A DNA stretch of 53,057 bases from Seison nebaliae (taxonomy: Eukaryota), in the NCBI GenBank assembly GCA_023231475.1, contig JALJEE010002581.1, positions 1 to 53,057 of the forward strand, in the 5' to 3' direction. Position numbers and translations under genes: made by a program. The notes beneath the pieces are model-generated. The model did no database searches, was not told the DNA's origin, and saw only the letters and a list, made by a program, of their open reading frames with translations. Below, piece after piece: positions 11,977-24,180 of this stretch. How positions within the stretch are numbered: position 1 is the stretch's first letter; every line of letters begins with the position of its first letter.

Positions 11977-12710
11977 AGCAATAGAAAAGAAGTAAATTCT
12001 ATTATTCTTTATCCGTCAACAGTTTAGAGTATTTGACATTTAACTGAACACCGTCAAAAATCATTTATTTAAATGCCAACATAATAACATCTAATATACC
12101 GTTGAAAGCTTCCCAGCTCACTGTTCGACGTCAACACCGAAGGTCTCGCTCGATCCAAGTTGTAGTCTCGCTACACAATCCCCCTCACTAACTCACTCAG
12201 CTCGCTAACTTGCCTGTTTAAGTTTTCTTTAATCGTTTATGATACACATTCGCCCATTATGACACGATGACATTTGGCATGTGGTCGAACTTCTGCCTGA
12301 AATTTACGAGTAAATTCCCCTTCAACTCTACTCATTCACAATTAGAAGTGAAATTCTCTTATTTCCTTCGTTGCCTATTAATTGTCGCTAGTTATTTTTG
12401 TCGCCACAATAAAATATGATAATTCGAAGAAAGGAAACATTCAGACACACTAATAATGAACACAAGAGTTTCTTATGAACATTAAATTTTTACGATTTCT
12501 CTAAATCTTTTCAATTTCATCATTACTAGATCCATGACGTATGTCATTAACCCGATCATTTGGTTGCGCCTCATCGATCGAAAATAAGTGAGTTGACTCT
12601 CAATTCATTTCTCTCTTTCACGTTAATAGATATTTCCTCCCAATATTTTCTTCATTCACATCAAAAATAATCCAATCAAATTATCGATATTTTCCCTCTT
12701 TCGTACAAAT

Positions 12711-14153
12711 ATGTCAACATTCAACTTATCCGAAAGGGCAAATGCCTTTTCTATCGGCGCTCTCCTCAGCAATCGATTAAAACGGAAAACTAATGACGAT
12801 ACCGACTACGTTCGACATTCAAAGAAATTGCGGAATGATTCTCCCATCTCTGCTGTCAATTGTGTATTGGAAACGGCGGATTTGTGGAAGAAATTCGAAT
12901 CATTCGGAACTGAAATGATCATAACTAAATCCGGAAGGTTCTCCTTCTTCATTTCTTTTCCAAAATCTCATTCCCCTCCACCAAAAGACGAATGTTCCCC
13001 ACACTTCGAATCAGTTTCACTAATTTAGAACGATTGGCAGAGTATTGTGTTATCGTCGATATTCAACCAACTGATAATAAACGATATCGTTACGCATATC
13101 ATCGATCAACTTGGTTGATTGCCGGTAAAGCCGATTCCACGCCAACATCACGTATCATCATACATCAAGACAGTCCATTCACTGGACAACAATTAGAGAA
13201 TCAGGTCCTCTCATTCGAAAAAGTGAAATTGACAAATAATGATTTGGATAAATCGGGTCAAGTTTATTCGCATCTCAATCTCTTCTAGTTTTCTCATTTC
13301 TCATTTTAAAGTTAATACTCAATTCAATGCACAAATACCAACCAAGAATTCATCTAGTTAAAATAGGTCACATCGCTGACTTCCAACAGAAGTTAAGAAA
13401 GCGAACAATCGATCATCTCATCACCAATTTACAATCACTCGATAATTTCGAACATCAAACTTTCTCCTTTCCCGAAACCACATTCATAGCAGTGACAGCC
13501 TATCAGAACCAATTGGTTTATATTCGATTTTTCATTCAAATTCTATTTCTTTTCATTGGAAACAGATAACAAAATTGAAAATTGATTGTAATCCGTTTGC
13601 GAAAGGTTTTCGCGATGCTTCTCGATTAATCGATTTTGACAAGTTTCTTTTCTTTTTTAAAATTTCTATTATTATTTTCTTTCAAATTATTTGTTTCCAT
13701 TTCAATAGGGAATTTAATTATTCATCAAAATCTTCCAATTCAAATGAGAAGAATGACAAAAGTGAAAAGATGATCAGTGTAGACGATGTGCTCAATCCTC
13801 AACAGAAGAAATTGAATGCATATCTATTGCATCAAGCGAAGCAGATATTTGAAAGAAATCGAATGGAAATTCTTAAGAATAAACCGGAAACAAAAACAAA
13901 TACAGAAATCACATTGTTCCATTCACTATTACATCAAATGAAACCGAGTTTCTCCATAAACGATTTTTTAAATTTTATGAATTTACAACAATCAACATTA
14001 TCGACATCATCTCCCACAATCACTTCTATGCAACATACACCATCAATGAAGAAAATTGTAGAATCGATTGAGAGATCGTCACTCTCTTCCACTTCCACTT
14101 ACATGTTACTCAATTTACTTTTAATGAAATGTCATCGAAACGACGAGAAATGA
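12711..14153 (+). CDS. TBX20: T-box transcription factor, Tbx20/H15 class
   Basis: eh1-like [83 protein letters not shown]. Introns 12938-12987, 13262-13311, 13516-13565 (50 nt each) and 13643-13708. Confidence 0.95.
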
Positions 14154-14310
14154 AATATAAAAATTTTCAAATTTGCAAAGAATTGGACTTGTTAAATAAA
14201 TTTTTTTTCTGTTCTAAACTTGATAAATATTGGATGGATAAATTTTATAATTTATTTATGAAAAGTAAATCAGAAAAACGACGAATGTTCCATTAAAAAA
14301 TGGTTTACTT

Positions 14311-16351
14311 TTACATCATTGGAGCTGGTGAGGCGTTTGGTGACCGTCCAAGATTCATTGTGGCGAGTCGTTGTAATTCGACAAAATCCATCGAATTCTC
14401 AACATTCACTTCTTGCAAATATTCGATGGCACTCACTTGAGTCTCAATGGCTGTTACCACATTGATGATATAAGGAAGATCTTTCGCATCTCTCGTCAAT
14501 GGAATTGTCTTTTTTAGAGAGACGAGTGCCGCTGGTAAGTTGTTCATTTGCATCAATAATTGAGCATTTAATTGATGGAGTGTGTCTGAATTATTCTCTC
14601 GCATTAACATCAATTGAATGTCACATTGAACTTGTTTCATATCCGTTTTCTCATTATTGATACGATGCATGATTGCTTCGATCTCATACAAATTAACAAA
14701 ATTTCGACAATTCGTTTGAATTTGTTCTGTCAATTCTTCTACTTTATCTTCATTTCCATTAACTCGATGTATCTGCATCATCAAATGAATGATGTCACAA
14801 TTGTTCGGGAAATCCTTTAACAACTTTCCCATTTCCCTCTCAATTCGCAATTTCGTCGATTCCGTACATTCCTTTCTTAACTCAATCATCAATTGTTGGG
14901 CGTTGAGAATAGCTTCCAAATAGACATCACTCGGAAACTTGTCGATATTGATCAACGATTTTGCTTTACGATTAGCATCACTCGATGCATCTATATTATC
15001 CATCGTCAACAATAATTGAGTTCGATGATAATAAACATCGATATTCTGCTCATCCACATGTTCAGCTTCGTTAATCTTCAAAAACGATTGTTCGAATTCT
15101 TGTAATTGTAACAACAACGCTGAATATTTCATGAGAGTCGACACTTTAATCAATTTCATCACTTGATCGTTCTCAAGTGATTTCCCTACAACTAACGCTT
15201 TCTCAAAACATTCACGCGATTCAGTCATTTGACCCTATATAGAATTAGAAAAGATTTGTTCAAAAACATTTTCAAAAAAAAAAATTAAGAAAATTAGAAA
15301 AAGTTTTCCAAGAAAAAAATTAGAAAAAATTTAGAAAGGAATTATATCAGAAATAATGAGCAAATAAGGTAAATATGAAAGAATGATGGCTAACATGGAG
15401 GAAGTATATGGATCCCAAAAATGTTAAAGCCGCTGATAAATTACGTGAGACTGGTAATTGTTTGTCGGGAATCTTTTCTTGTTCTCCAATGAAAGAGTTT
15501 AACCGTTGAATAATCGCTGAAACTTCCTCGGCGTCGCAGAAAGCTCCGGCGAGATAATCATTTCGAATCAAACATAAATCATCGACGAATATATGTTGGA
15601 AGAATGTAACGGATGTTTGAGATAATTCAACTGTCTGTTCATCGTTTTCCATAATTGGGATGATGAAATATGGATAACAAAAGATGTCTCGGAAACAAGT
15701 AGTGAAATATTGATATACTAATCCACGTCCAATTATTGGATATGATCGATTGGCAATCTGTTTCAATTCATTTTCCACCACAATTTGAAGATATCCATCC
15801 GCTTCAGTCAAAGTGGAAGGCGATGAAAATTTCTCGAGGAGAGCAGCAACTGTCGAATTAAAAAGCGCGTCTTTAAATTTGGCTTGTTTGGCGAGAGCTC
15901 TCGATTTCCTGAGATATGCTTTCCCATATTCCACATTGAGTTTGAGAGCTTTCGTGCAATGTTCGAGCACTGTCTCTTCATCATTCAATTGTTCAGCGCA
16001 AGCCGCTATATTCTGATGGAAGATTGCACGCATCTTATCACAATCCTCCAAATCATCAGCTAAGTCAATCGCTTTCTCATAAAAGACGATTGCTTCTCGA
16101 TATTGTCCATTCTTAAACAATTTATTACCCTTCTCTTTATATCGGAGAGCGAGATCATTCGGATACAAATCTTCTTCATTCACATCATCCGATTGATTTT
16201 CATTCTCATCATTTCCCTTCTTTCCACCTCGCAAATATCGATAGGCGATGTACGTCGTCGCCAATCCTGTCACCGTCACTCCAACAACGACCAGTGTTCG
16301 TTTGTTAAGAATCGAAGAATAATTCTTATTCATTTGGAAAACTGATGACAT
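14311..16351 (-). CDS. TOMM70: Mitochondrial import receptor Tom70 (TPR protein)
   Basis: N-terminal hydrophobic anchor followed by basic residues, TPR clamp KEKGNKLFKNGQY..AI.FY, FHQNIAAC, Y.KAYLR. Intron 15235-15394 joins the two ORFs (YFLH|GQMTES). Confidence 0.88.
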
Positions 16352-17340
16352 TTTTAGTAAATTTATATCCTTCGAATCAATGGAATGAAGACATATTCAT
16401 TTACTTCCACTCATCAAATGCTTTTTCAAATTAACTTTCTCACTAGAGAATTGCAATTTCCTTTTTCAAATAAGGCATTTGTCTTTTTAAACATTCAAAC
16501 TATCCAACAATCATTCCTCCATTTTATCTTATTAGAAATATTAGCCTATTTATTAACGATTCTGCTTCACATTCTTCACATGTTCTCCTTCAGGACACAT
16601 GAATTTATTGACAAAAAATCTTAAGAGAAATCAACATTAACCTTTCATTTCACTAACTATGAATATTTAAAACAAAAAGTCATTTATAGTTTAATGAACT
16701 CAAAAGAAGAGTTATAAATTCAATTCATTAGTTACTAGAGAAAGAAAAAAGTCAAATGCAATTAAACTAACAGTAAGTGTTCCTCTGACTTCAATGATTG
16801 TTGTAAGTTTTTCAATCCTCTTCCATCATTTCGATAGTGATTCTATTCAATTTATTAATATTCAGACTCTCAAATTTATAATCACATTTATGAAAACAAT
16901 TGATCATTTTTACTTAACAAGTCAATTCTAAGTTAACGTCAGTTAAATAGATGAAATAAAAGTTGTAAATAAATGAGAAAAAGTTCAACAGGAACGATGG
17001 AATTATGAACAAAAGAAAAGAAATGGTAGAGAGCTATGATAATGAAGATATACATCGTTGAATATTTACTATTTTTATTAATAAGTAATAAATTGAATCC
17101 CCACGGGGCAAATTAAATAGAAAAAATGATAACTCTTTCGTAGAGTTATTGATAATAAAATTCCTAATAAGATTATATTAATAATAAGATTTATAATACT
17201 AAACATTTATATATTTTTGAAAAATATGATTGAAAAAATAATTGAAAAAAACTAAAACGAATGTTAAAGTATTTTTCACTGGGAAAAGAAAATATTGAAG
17301 TTCATTTTAATCATCATTCGATGATATTATAATGAGTAGA

Positions 17341-18144
17341 TTATTTTTTCAGTTCCATTAGAATTCTTATTTTTTTCATTAAGACAAAGTCGTCACCTAC
17401 TGTTATGGTAATATATTTATTATGTTCAAATAAATTATATTCCAAACAATCCGATGACTTACCGAACCAGAATGCATAATCCTGAGAAGAACAACTCACT
17501 ACATGCAAATCGTTTGTTGTTCTAAACGGTCGGTTAATCGATTCATCAGGAAATAAATGGAATTGATCTTTGATTGTTGTTTTCACCGGATACTTCAGAA
17601 CTAATTTGTAGTTTTCGTTTTTCGGTTTAATTTGTACGCCGGGGTATTCGCAATAAAATTTTTCATCATTAAGATTAAAGAATTCTATACGAAATTTCCT
17701 GTTTTTGTTCAATTTAGTCAACTGAACTAGCAATCGCAGACCGATCCAATTGGCAGTAGGATCGCCGAATGGGTTCTCATATTCCTGAACTTGTGCACCG
17801 AAATAATCAGATTGTAGACTTTCTCTTAACGCCACAATTAAATACATTTTCCCATTTACCGATGTTAATCGCGAATTTGCCACCGTGTTTCTAATTTTCT
17901 CGGATTCAGTTATTTTCGACAAAATTGAATTAGGATATTCATAATCCGTTAACCGTTTTACACCCTCGTTGACAGCAACACAACCGTCACTATCTTCACA
18001 TCTGACGACATCGACAGTTTCTCTTCCTTTGTTTTTTGCTCGTATTTGTCGATAGTAATGAATGTTGGCAGAGAGAAAACCGTCAACACAAAAAGTGATA
18101 ACGACAAATAGATAGAAAGAGGAGGTCCTCAAGAAACAATTCAT
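17341..18144 (-). CDS. Secreted divergent fibrinogen-related domain (FReD) protein
   Basis: Signal-peptide-like N-terminus from the ATG at 18144. YENPFGDPTANWIGLRLLVQLT...FRIEF......Y.EY......ENYKL follows the fibrinogen C-terminal domain pattern. Confidence 0.75.
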   Translation of the reverse strand: MNCFLRTSSFYLFVVITFCVDGFLSANIHYYRQIRAKNKGRETVDVVRCEDSDGCVAVNEGVKRLTDYEYPNSILSKITESEKIRNTVANSRLTSVNGKMYLIVALRESLQSDYFGAQVQEYENPFGDPTANWIGLRLLVQLTKLNKNRKFRIEFFNLNDEKFYCEYPGVQIKPKNENYKLVLKYPVKTTIKDQFHLFPDESINRPFRTTNDLHVVSCSSQDYAFWFGKSSDCLEYNLFEHNKYITITVGDDFVLMKKIRILMELKK

Positions 18145-19301
18145 TTCTACCAAAATTTTATTTTTTCAGTATTTGTCCAAATTTATTTCGTTTCATTCGA
18201 AAAATGTTCACATTTATATTATCGAATTTTTAATACCTTTCTTTATTGAAATCCCAACTCCAAATTATTCTCGCTTACCGAACATTATTGATTTAATGAA
18301 TGGTGTGAATAATAAGTGATCTTATGCGAGGAAAATATTATGTCTTTACCATAATAAATTCTACTAACTTCGGTTGACGGTTGTGTTATTGGTTTGATAT
18401 TAAAAGTCATGAAGAAAAGTGGCGGATGGAAGAAAAATGAGGCGATGGACATTTTTTCGTATATTTTCTGTGATTGTAATTATGAAAAATCTCTTGTGTT
18501 TATTAGATAGACTTATTAGGACAAAAGAATCATTTCATGTAAATAGTTTTCCTATAAATCTACTCGTTTTGTATTTAACTTACAGAAAATGATGTGTTAT
18601 GATGTAAATCGATAACTAATTTATTTGGTCGATCGGAACTTCTTCAATTTATTAATAAAATTGATTTTTTCTCTATCGATTTTCTTTTCTTTTCAACCAT
18701 ATATGTCTCCTATCGTTAATCCCAAGTTCCACAACAACAAAAAAATATTTTTTAAATTATCTTCATCTGAAATTGTCAACAAGTCCCTTTATCGAACACG
18801 AGCTAATACACAGAAATTAGATATTCATTATAGCGCTATTGGAATTACATTTATAATATTGAAATTTTATCTAAGCGAAAAAACAGTTTAGTTCCGTTCT
18901 AGAATAAGAACGAAATGTGGAAAAATCATTAATAGAATTAATAAAGAATAGAAAATAATAATTTTTTTCCTACGCTATTTTTAAAGTTAGGATTTTTATA
19001 AAGTTAATTAGTAAAGTTAATCGATTATTCGTTAACTTTCCCATTTAAAATTTAGGGAGAATAGAAAGTGGAAAGTCAATTAAATTAGTCAAAGGTCAGT
19101 TGACAAATTAGTAAATTAATAATTTACTTTACAATAATTTTTTTCAATAATAATTGAGAGTTAATATTATTGAATATGAATGTAGGGCACATTGGTAAGT
19201 GTAGGAATTGATTGATAATGAAAAAGATGAAAGGATGAGAATAGAAATTGATTTCGATGAAGAGAATTTCAGATTTTAAGCTGCAGAAAATATAAAAGAA
19301 G

Positions 19302-20863
19302 ATGAGTCAGAATGGTTGGAAGAATTCGATTGAGAAGTTGGTTTGGTTGAAGGATGGTCGTGACAAGAATGAATTGGAGAATGAGTTCGAACAATGGTCT
19401 CAAGGTTTTACGTTTAGTGAGTTTGAGAAAACGGCACTAATCCAAGAGATGGGTGGTCCATGTGGAGTGATTGTTCCAGTTCAAGCGGAAATGATTTACC
19501 ATTTATTATTTGCACCTCAACCTTTATCCGACGAGATGACGTGGAGAAATTATGATAATCGTAATTCGATTCTCACATTGGCATTATACGAGATTTTAAT
19601 TCGAGCATCATCAGAAGAGAATAAATTCCGATTAGTGCGAATGAATCGATCAACGATCGAAGAGATCGATATGAAAATGGACAAAGAAGAAGAAGATATG
19701 TTTAGTGAGGAGATGATCGGTTTGAAAGATGATTCTGACGAGATAGTAATGATAACGAAAAAAGAGAAGAAATCAATGTTGACATTGACATCAGGTCAAT
19801 TCCATGAATTGTTAGAGATCGAATCAATAGAATCAAGAGAAGAATTGAAGAAATATCTTGAGACTCATCTTAATCAATATCTTGAACGTTATGGAATTAT
19901 TTTATTTCTCTATTCCGTCATTATGTCACGTGGAATTGATGTGATTGAGAAAGATTTAATATCGGCCGATCAACCAATATTGATTGATATGTACGCACTC
20001 GCCAACCAATCACTCATCAATTTAATGTTGATTGGAGAAGCTGTTCCTTATGTGTGGGATGATGATAAGAATTTAGAGGGATTAATTCTTCGTGGAATTC
20101 CTCGACGATCAAAAATCGGATTTCTTACAATGATGGAACATCATCGTCTAGTGGAGGTGGGATGGAAATTAAAGAATCCTCAATTTCCAATTTGGATATT
20201 AAGCAGTGGAGATCATTTGACTCTCTTCTTCTCTACACAACTCAAATTGACGAAAGAGAATGAACGAGTGAAAATGTTACGATTGGCTGATCAGATTTTC
20301 ACTCAACAAGAAGCATCTCCTCAATGTCAATTTATCATGAAAGAGAAATTACTTGTTATTTGTAACGAATTGGGAATTTATGTGGATAATTTAGATCGTC
20401 TCTATCGAGAATTGGATAGAGACGATCTGGGAATTATTTCAAAAAATGAATTCTTACGATATTTCTATCCGGAAGCATTTGCAGCAATCAAAGCAACTGA
20501 AATGACAAATGACGATTCGATTATCGCCATTGAACAAGTGTTGAATGTGGAAGAGGAAGGTACTGGCACTGCCAACATACAACGAGGTGATCCACTCTTT
20601 GGCAATTTATTCCATGCGTTCCATTATAATGGTTTGAAGAATTCGAATTTTCAAAAAGAAGTTCAATTTAAATTTGAATTTTTAATCTCATTAAATTAAA
20701 TCTGTTACAGGTTCGTTATCGAGAATGTGAAACACAAATTCTCGATTTTTCACAATCGGCAAAACTCGTGACGAAAACGACGTTGATGGGGAATGTGTTA
20801 GAGACGAAATGGGCAACTCTATTCACCAAATGGAAAGAAAACATTGAACCCAACATCAATTAA
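19302..20863 (+). CDS. MINDY3: MINDY-3 deubiquitinase (FAM188A)
   Basis: WSQGF.FS..E..AL.Q..GGPCGV (catalytic Cys), LKNP.FPIWIL.S.DHLT (His), EF-hand-like LDRDDLGII, FHYNGLK. Intron 20661-20710, then last exon ...LETKW...NIN*. Confidence 0.95.
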
Positions 20864-21044
20864 CAACTGAGAGATATTTGCGAGAGAAGATATTTTAAAA
20901 ACACTTTCCATTTGTTTTCCTGTTTTTTTTTTTGTACGCACCACATCTTTATGAACAGAAAAAGAAATTTTTATCGAATTTATTTTTATAATTAATTCTT
21001 TCGATTTTTATAAACTTTGATAAATGTAAAGAAGTGAAATGTCG

Positions 21045-21423
21045 CTAGTCGTCATCCTTTTCAACAATTCGATTCATTGTTCGATAAAGTAATCGCCCGG
21101 TAGTTTGTTTCTCAAAGAATCGTTTCATTTCTATATCTCCGTCTTTAACGTTCTGTTCTACTAATCTCTCAATCTGAACAAAGGAATTTTGATGGAATTA
21201 TAATCATTTATCAAATTCTAACTGTTGTGACAAACGGAGAGATTTTCTTATTTTCTTCTGTCGCCATAGTGATGAGTTGTCCGGTACGATGTCGAATAAA
21301 ATTGATTTGCTTCGATGGAACTTTCTCTTCTTCCTCTTCTTTCACCTTCTCTTTTACTACTTCATTCTTTTCCGCTCCTTTCTCCACCTTCTCCTCTTTT
21401 ACATCATCATCATTATCATCATT

Positions 21424-21455
<32 letters not shown>

Positions 21456-24117
21456 TATCATCATCATCATTATCATCATCATTATCACCATAATCATCAG
21501 TTAATACGATTATATCATCATCGTCCTTTATCATTTGTTCGATTTGTTTGAGAGAGAGTTGACTATTAGGATTGACTTGAAGGAATTTAGTGAGTCGACG
21601 AGATAGAGGAGTGATACATTTGGGGAAATTTAAATTGACATTCGAATAAACGTGTTGGGGAGGAAATTCTTCAAAATATTCTTGTAGATAATTCTCGAAT
21701 AATTTTTGCTTCTCCACTTTACATCGAACGGCACTGGCTATTGATTGAGGCGGATCGAAAATCAAATCATAAGGCAACAACGATTTCTCGTCAATTAAAC
21801 CGTTAATTGATGATATGGGATCTGTCGTATCAACGATGTCAATTTGAATATATTGTGGAAGAAAGTTGTTGAGTTTCTTCTCTAAATTATTCGTATAAAG
21901 TCGTTTCAATTGTTTTTCTTCGCCTTCCGCTTCCGTTGCCGATATTATAGAATTTATTGAAGAATTTGATGATTTTTCAGAGATCATTAATAATGATTGG
22001 AAATTGGATGACATATCGTATGATGAACTATCGTCATCGAAATCTCGATTTACTGTTGGAGGAATATCCATATCTGGATCATCCACATAATTCATAGCAA
22101 ATTGGAAAGTTGATTGACGTTTTTTTCGAACTTCTCCACTCGAATTCTTTTTGGAGATTATTTGTAATCCATCTGTATATACATGAGGATGTTCTTCTCG
22201 AAAATGACGCAGTTTTAATTTACGTCGGAATCTCGTCAAATATAATAAAAGATGTGATGGTAATCTTGTGGTTGTAGCAGAACGAACATTTATTGATGAT
22301 TCTTGAATAAATGGATGATGACGTACCATATCGAAAGTTAAAGTGATTCGTCGTTGATTCTCGTTAAATGTGTCATATTTGAGAAGACGTCGATCATAAA
22401 CATTATTCTGTTTCTTATCACGAGAATTCAATAAAAGATTTTCATTATGACAATCGTTATTTGAACGAGGCGGATTGCTCTCTTCGAACGGATGAAGTAG
22501 AAATCGAATGAAATGATAAAAAGATTTATCGGAATTTACATAAAATAAATTATCTGTTTCCAATTTAACTTTCGCTTCCGTATTCAAGAAAGTTGTGATA
22601 GAAGGAGAATTGGATACAATTAATTGTTCACCACCAAAACCCATTTGATAGAGGATACAAGCTAAAGCGAAATAATCGACATAATACCAATAACCGTTAA
22701 ACAGATGTGGCCATCGTTGTTCAGGTGCTTGATAACCGGGTATACCTGTAATATAATCGATTCGATCATCATTGTCATTACAACTGATACACATCTCTAA
22801 GTCTGTTAATTTTATTAATCCATTCCCATATACGAGAATGGCATAGGGAGTCAAATGGAAATGTCCCATCGACATATTTTTATGAAGATAATTCAATGCA
22901 TGAATTATAAGAACTGTATAATGTTTAATATAATCGATTGGCATCGATTCTCGACGCTCCAACAATTGACCAAGACTACCACATTCTGGTGCTTGAGTAC
23001 AAAACCAAGCATGATTACTATCTTGTTCCGTCCAAAGGAATTGTTCGAAAAGAAAAAAACAAATATTCGATTCGTAACATTTCTCATACTCTTTCAAAAA
23101 TTCTTCAGGAGTTCCACTATTAAATAAATTATGTAATTTCGTGATACTTTCACCATCTCCCAATAATCTCTCCTCAATAATATCGGGCAATGAACTTCTC
23201 ACTGTTTGACGATTATCATCTGGTGTGGTGACACTTTGATAAAATTTATTCTGGAATATCTCTCGTTGCATTTGAAGACTATTTTCGAATTTGCCATTAT
23301 ATTTTCTTATGACGCCCATCTTCTTATAAATGGTTATATGATAAAAAGAAAGATTTGTCGACGGTCCATAAACATTGATTCCGAGATATACCGTTTTCAA
23401 TGGCGTACTCATTACACGATCAATGAGACGAAAAGATTTCTTAATTAGAATTGGATTCTTCACCAACTGACGACTACTAATATAACACTCATCGATATTA
23501 GCCAAATTCAACGACTTGTTCATTTCCGTGAGAGATTTACCAAATCGAAAATTTTCATTTTGTTTTATCGCTCCGAAACATACTTGTGAAGTACATAAAT
23601 TCACTTTCTGATGTTTAATCACATATCGCACTGTCTCAATCAATCCAATGAGATTAATTGGAAAAATATCACAATCTGTAAATTTGATGGTTTTCGCCAA
23701 CCAACATGGTCGACAACCGCAAAGATGCATTAACATTCGAGTTGGTTCCATTATGAAGAAATGGTCGGGTAGACCACTCCATACACTGTACCATTCACAA
23801 TTAGAAGTTTGTGGTAGATAAATGCCTTTGTCATAGAAAGCGGCCGGTTGTGGTTGCAATTTCGAATTGAGAATTATTGGCCCATTACAAATCGTTTTGG
23901 CACCTTCGCTCATTAATCGGATCTTTTCAATGATCGTTCGTTCGTTCATTTCGGGGATGGGCCAGAAATGATCGACGATCGTTCGAAATCTTTCAATTTC
24001 TGCTCTGTCATCTAATAAAGTAAATGTATCGCTATCTGATGGTTCTGGAAATTTTGATGATTTTCTGTCGAATTCTAAGTGCGACGAGAAACTAGTACGA
24101 AATGAAGGTAAATTCAT
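21045..24117 (-). CDS. Large divergent AGC/CAMK-like protein pseudokinase with acidic tail
   Basis: Subdomains G.LGQLL, ALNYLH, HFHLTPYAIL, IKLTDLEM, GIPGYQAPE, VDYFALACILYQM, HPF. Intron 21174-21222 and last exon IERLVEQ...KDDD*. The 5' end is uncertain (see findings). Confidence 0.8.
21401..21497. repeat. Coding (TCA/TTA)n repeat encoding poly-Asp/Asn
   Basis: Long catcat/cattat run that reads DNDDDNDDDD on the minus strand. Confidence 0.9.
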
Positions 24118-24180
24118 TTTTTTTTAATATGAAAATGAAAATTATCTTTTTCAACTCGATTTCAAAATATATAAGAATTG

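Noticed and set aside
12711..14153. Fragmented ORFs suggesting pseudogenes, frameshifting or an alternative genetic code
   Set aside because: All breaks are explained by short GT-AG introns, and the standard code gives intact conserved proteins.
19185..19199. GGGCACATT(G/A)GTAAG shared with 36422-36436
   Set aside because: Only a 15-nt match in the same orientation with no inverted partner found. It could be chance or a UTR splice donor.
21227..21551. Plus-strand poly-Ser, poly-Ile and poly-His ORFs (likewise 42468-42803)
   Set aside because: Shadow frames of coding trinucleotide repeats.
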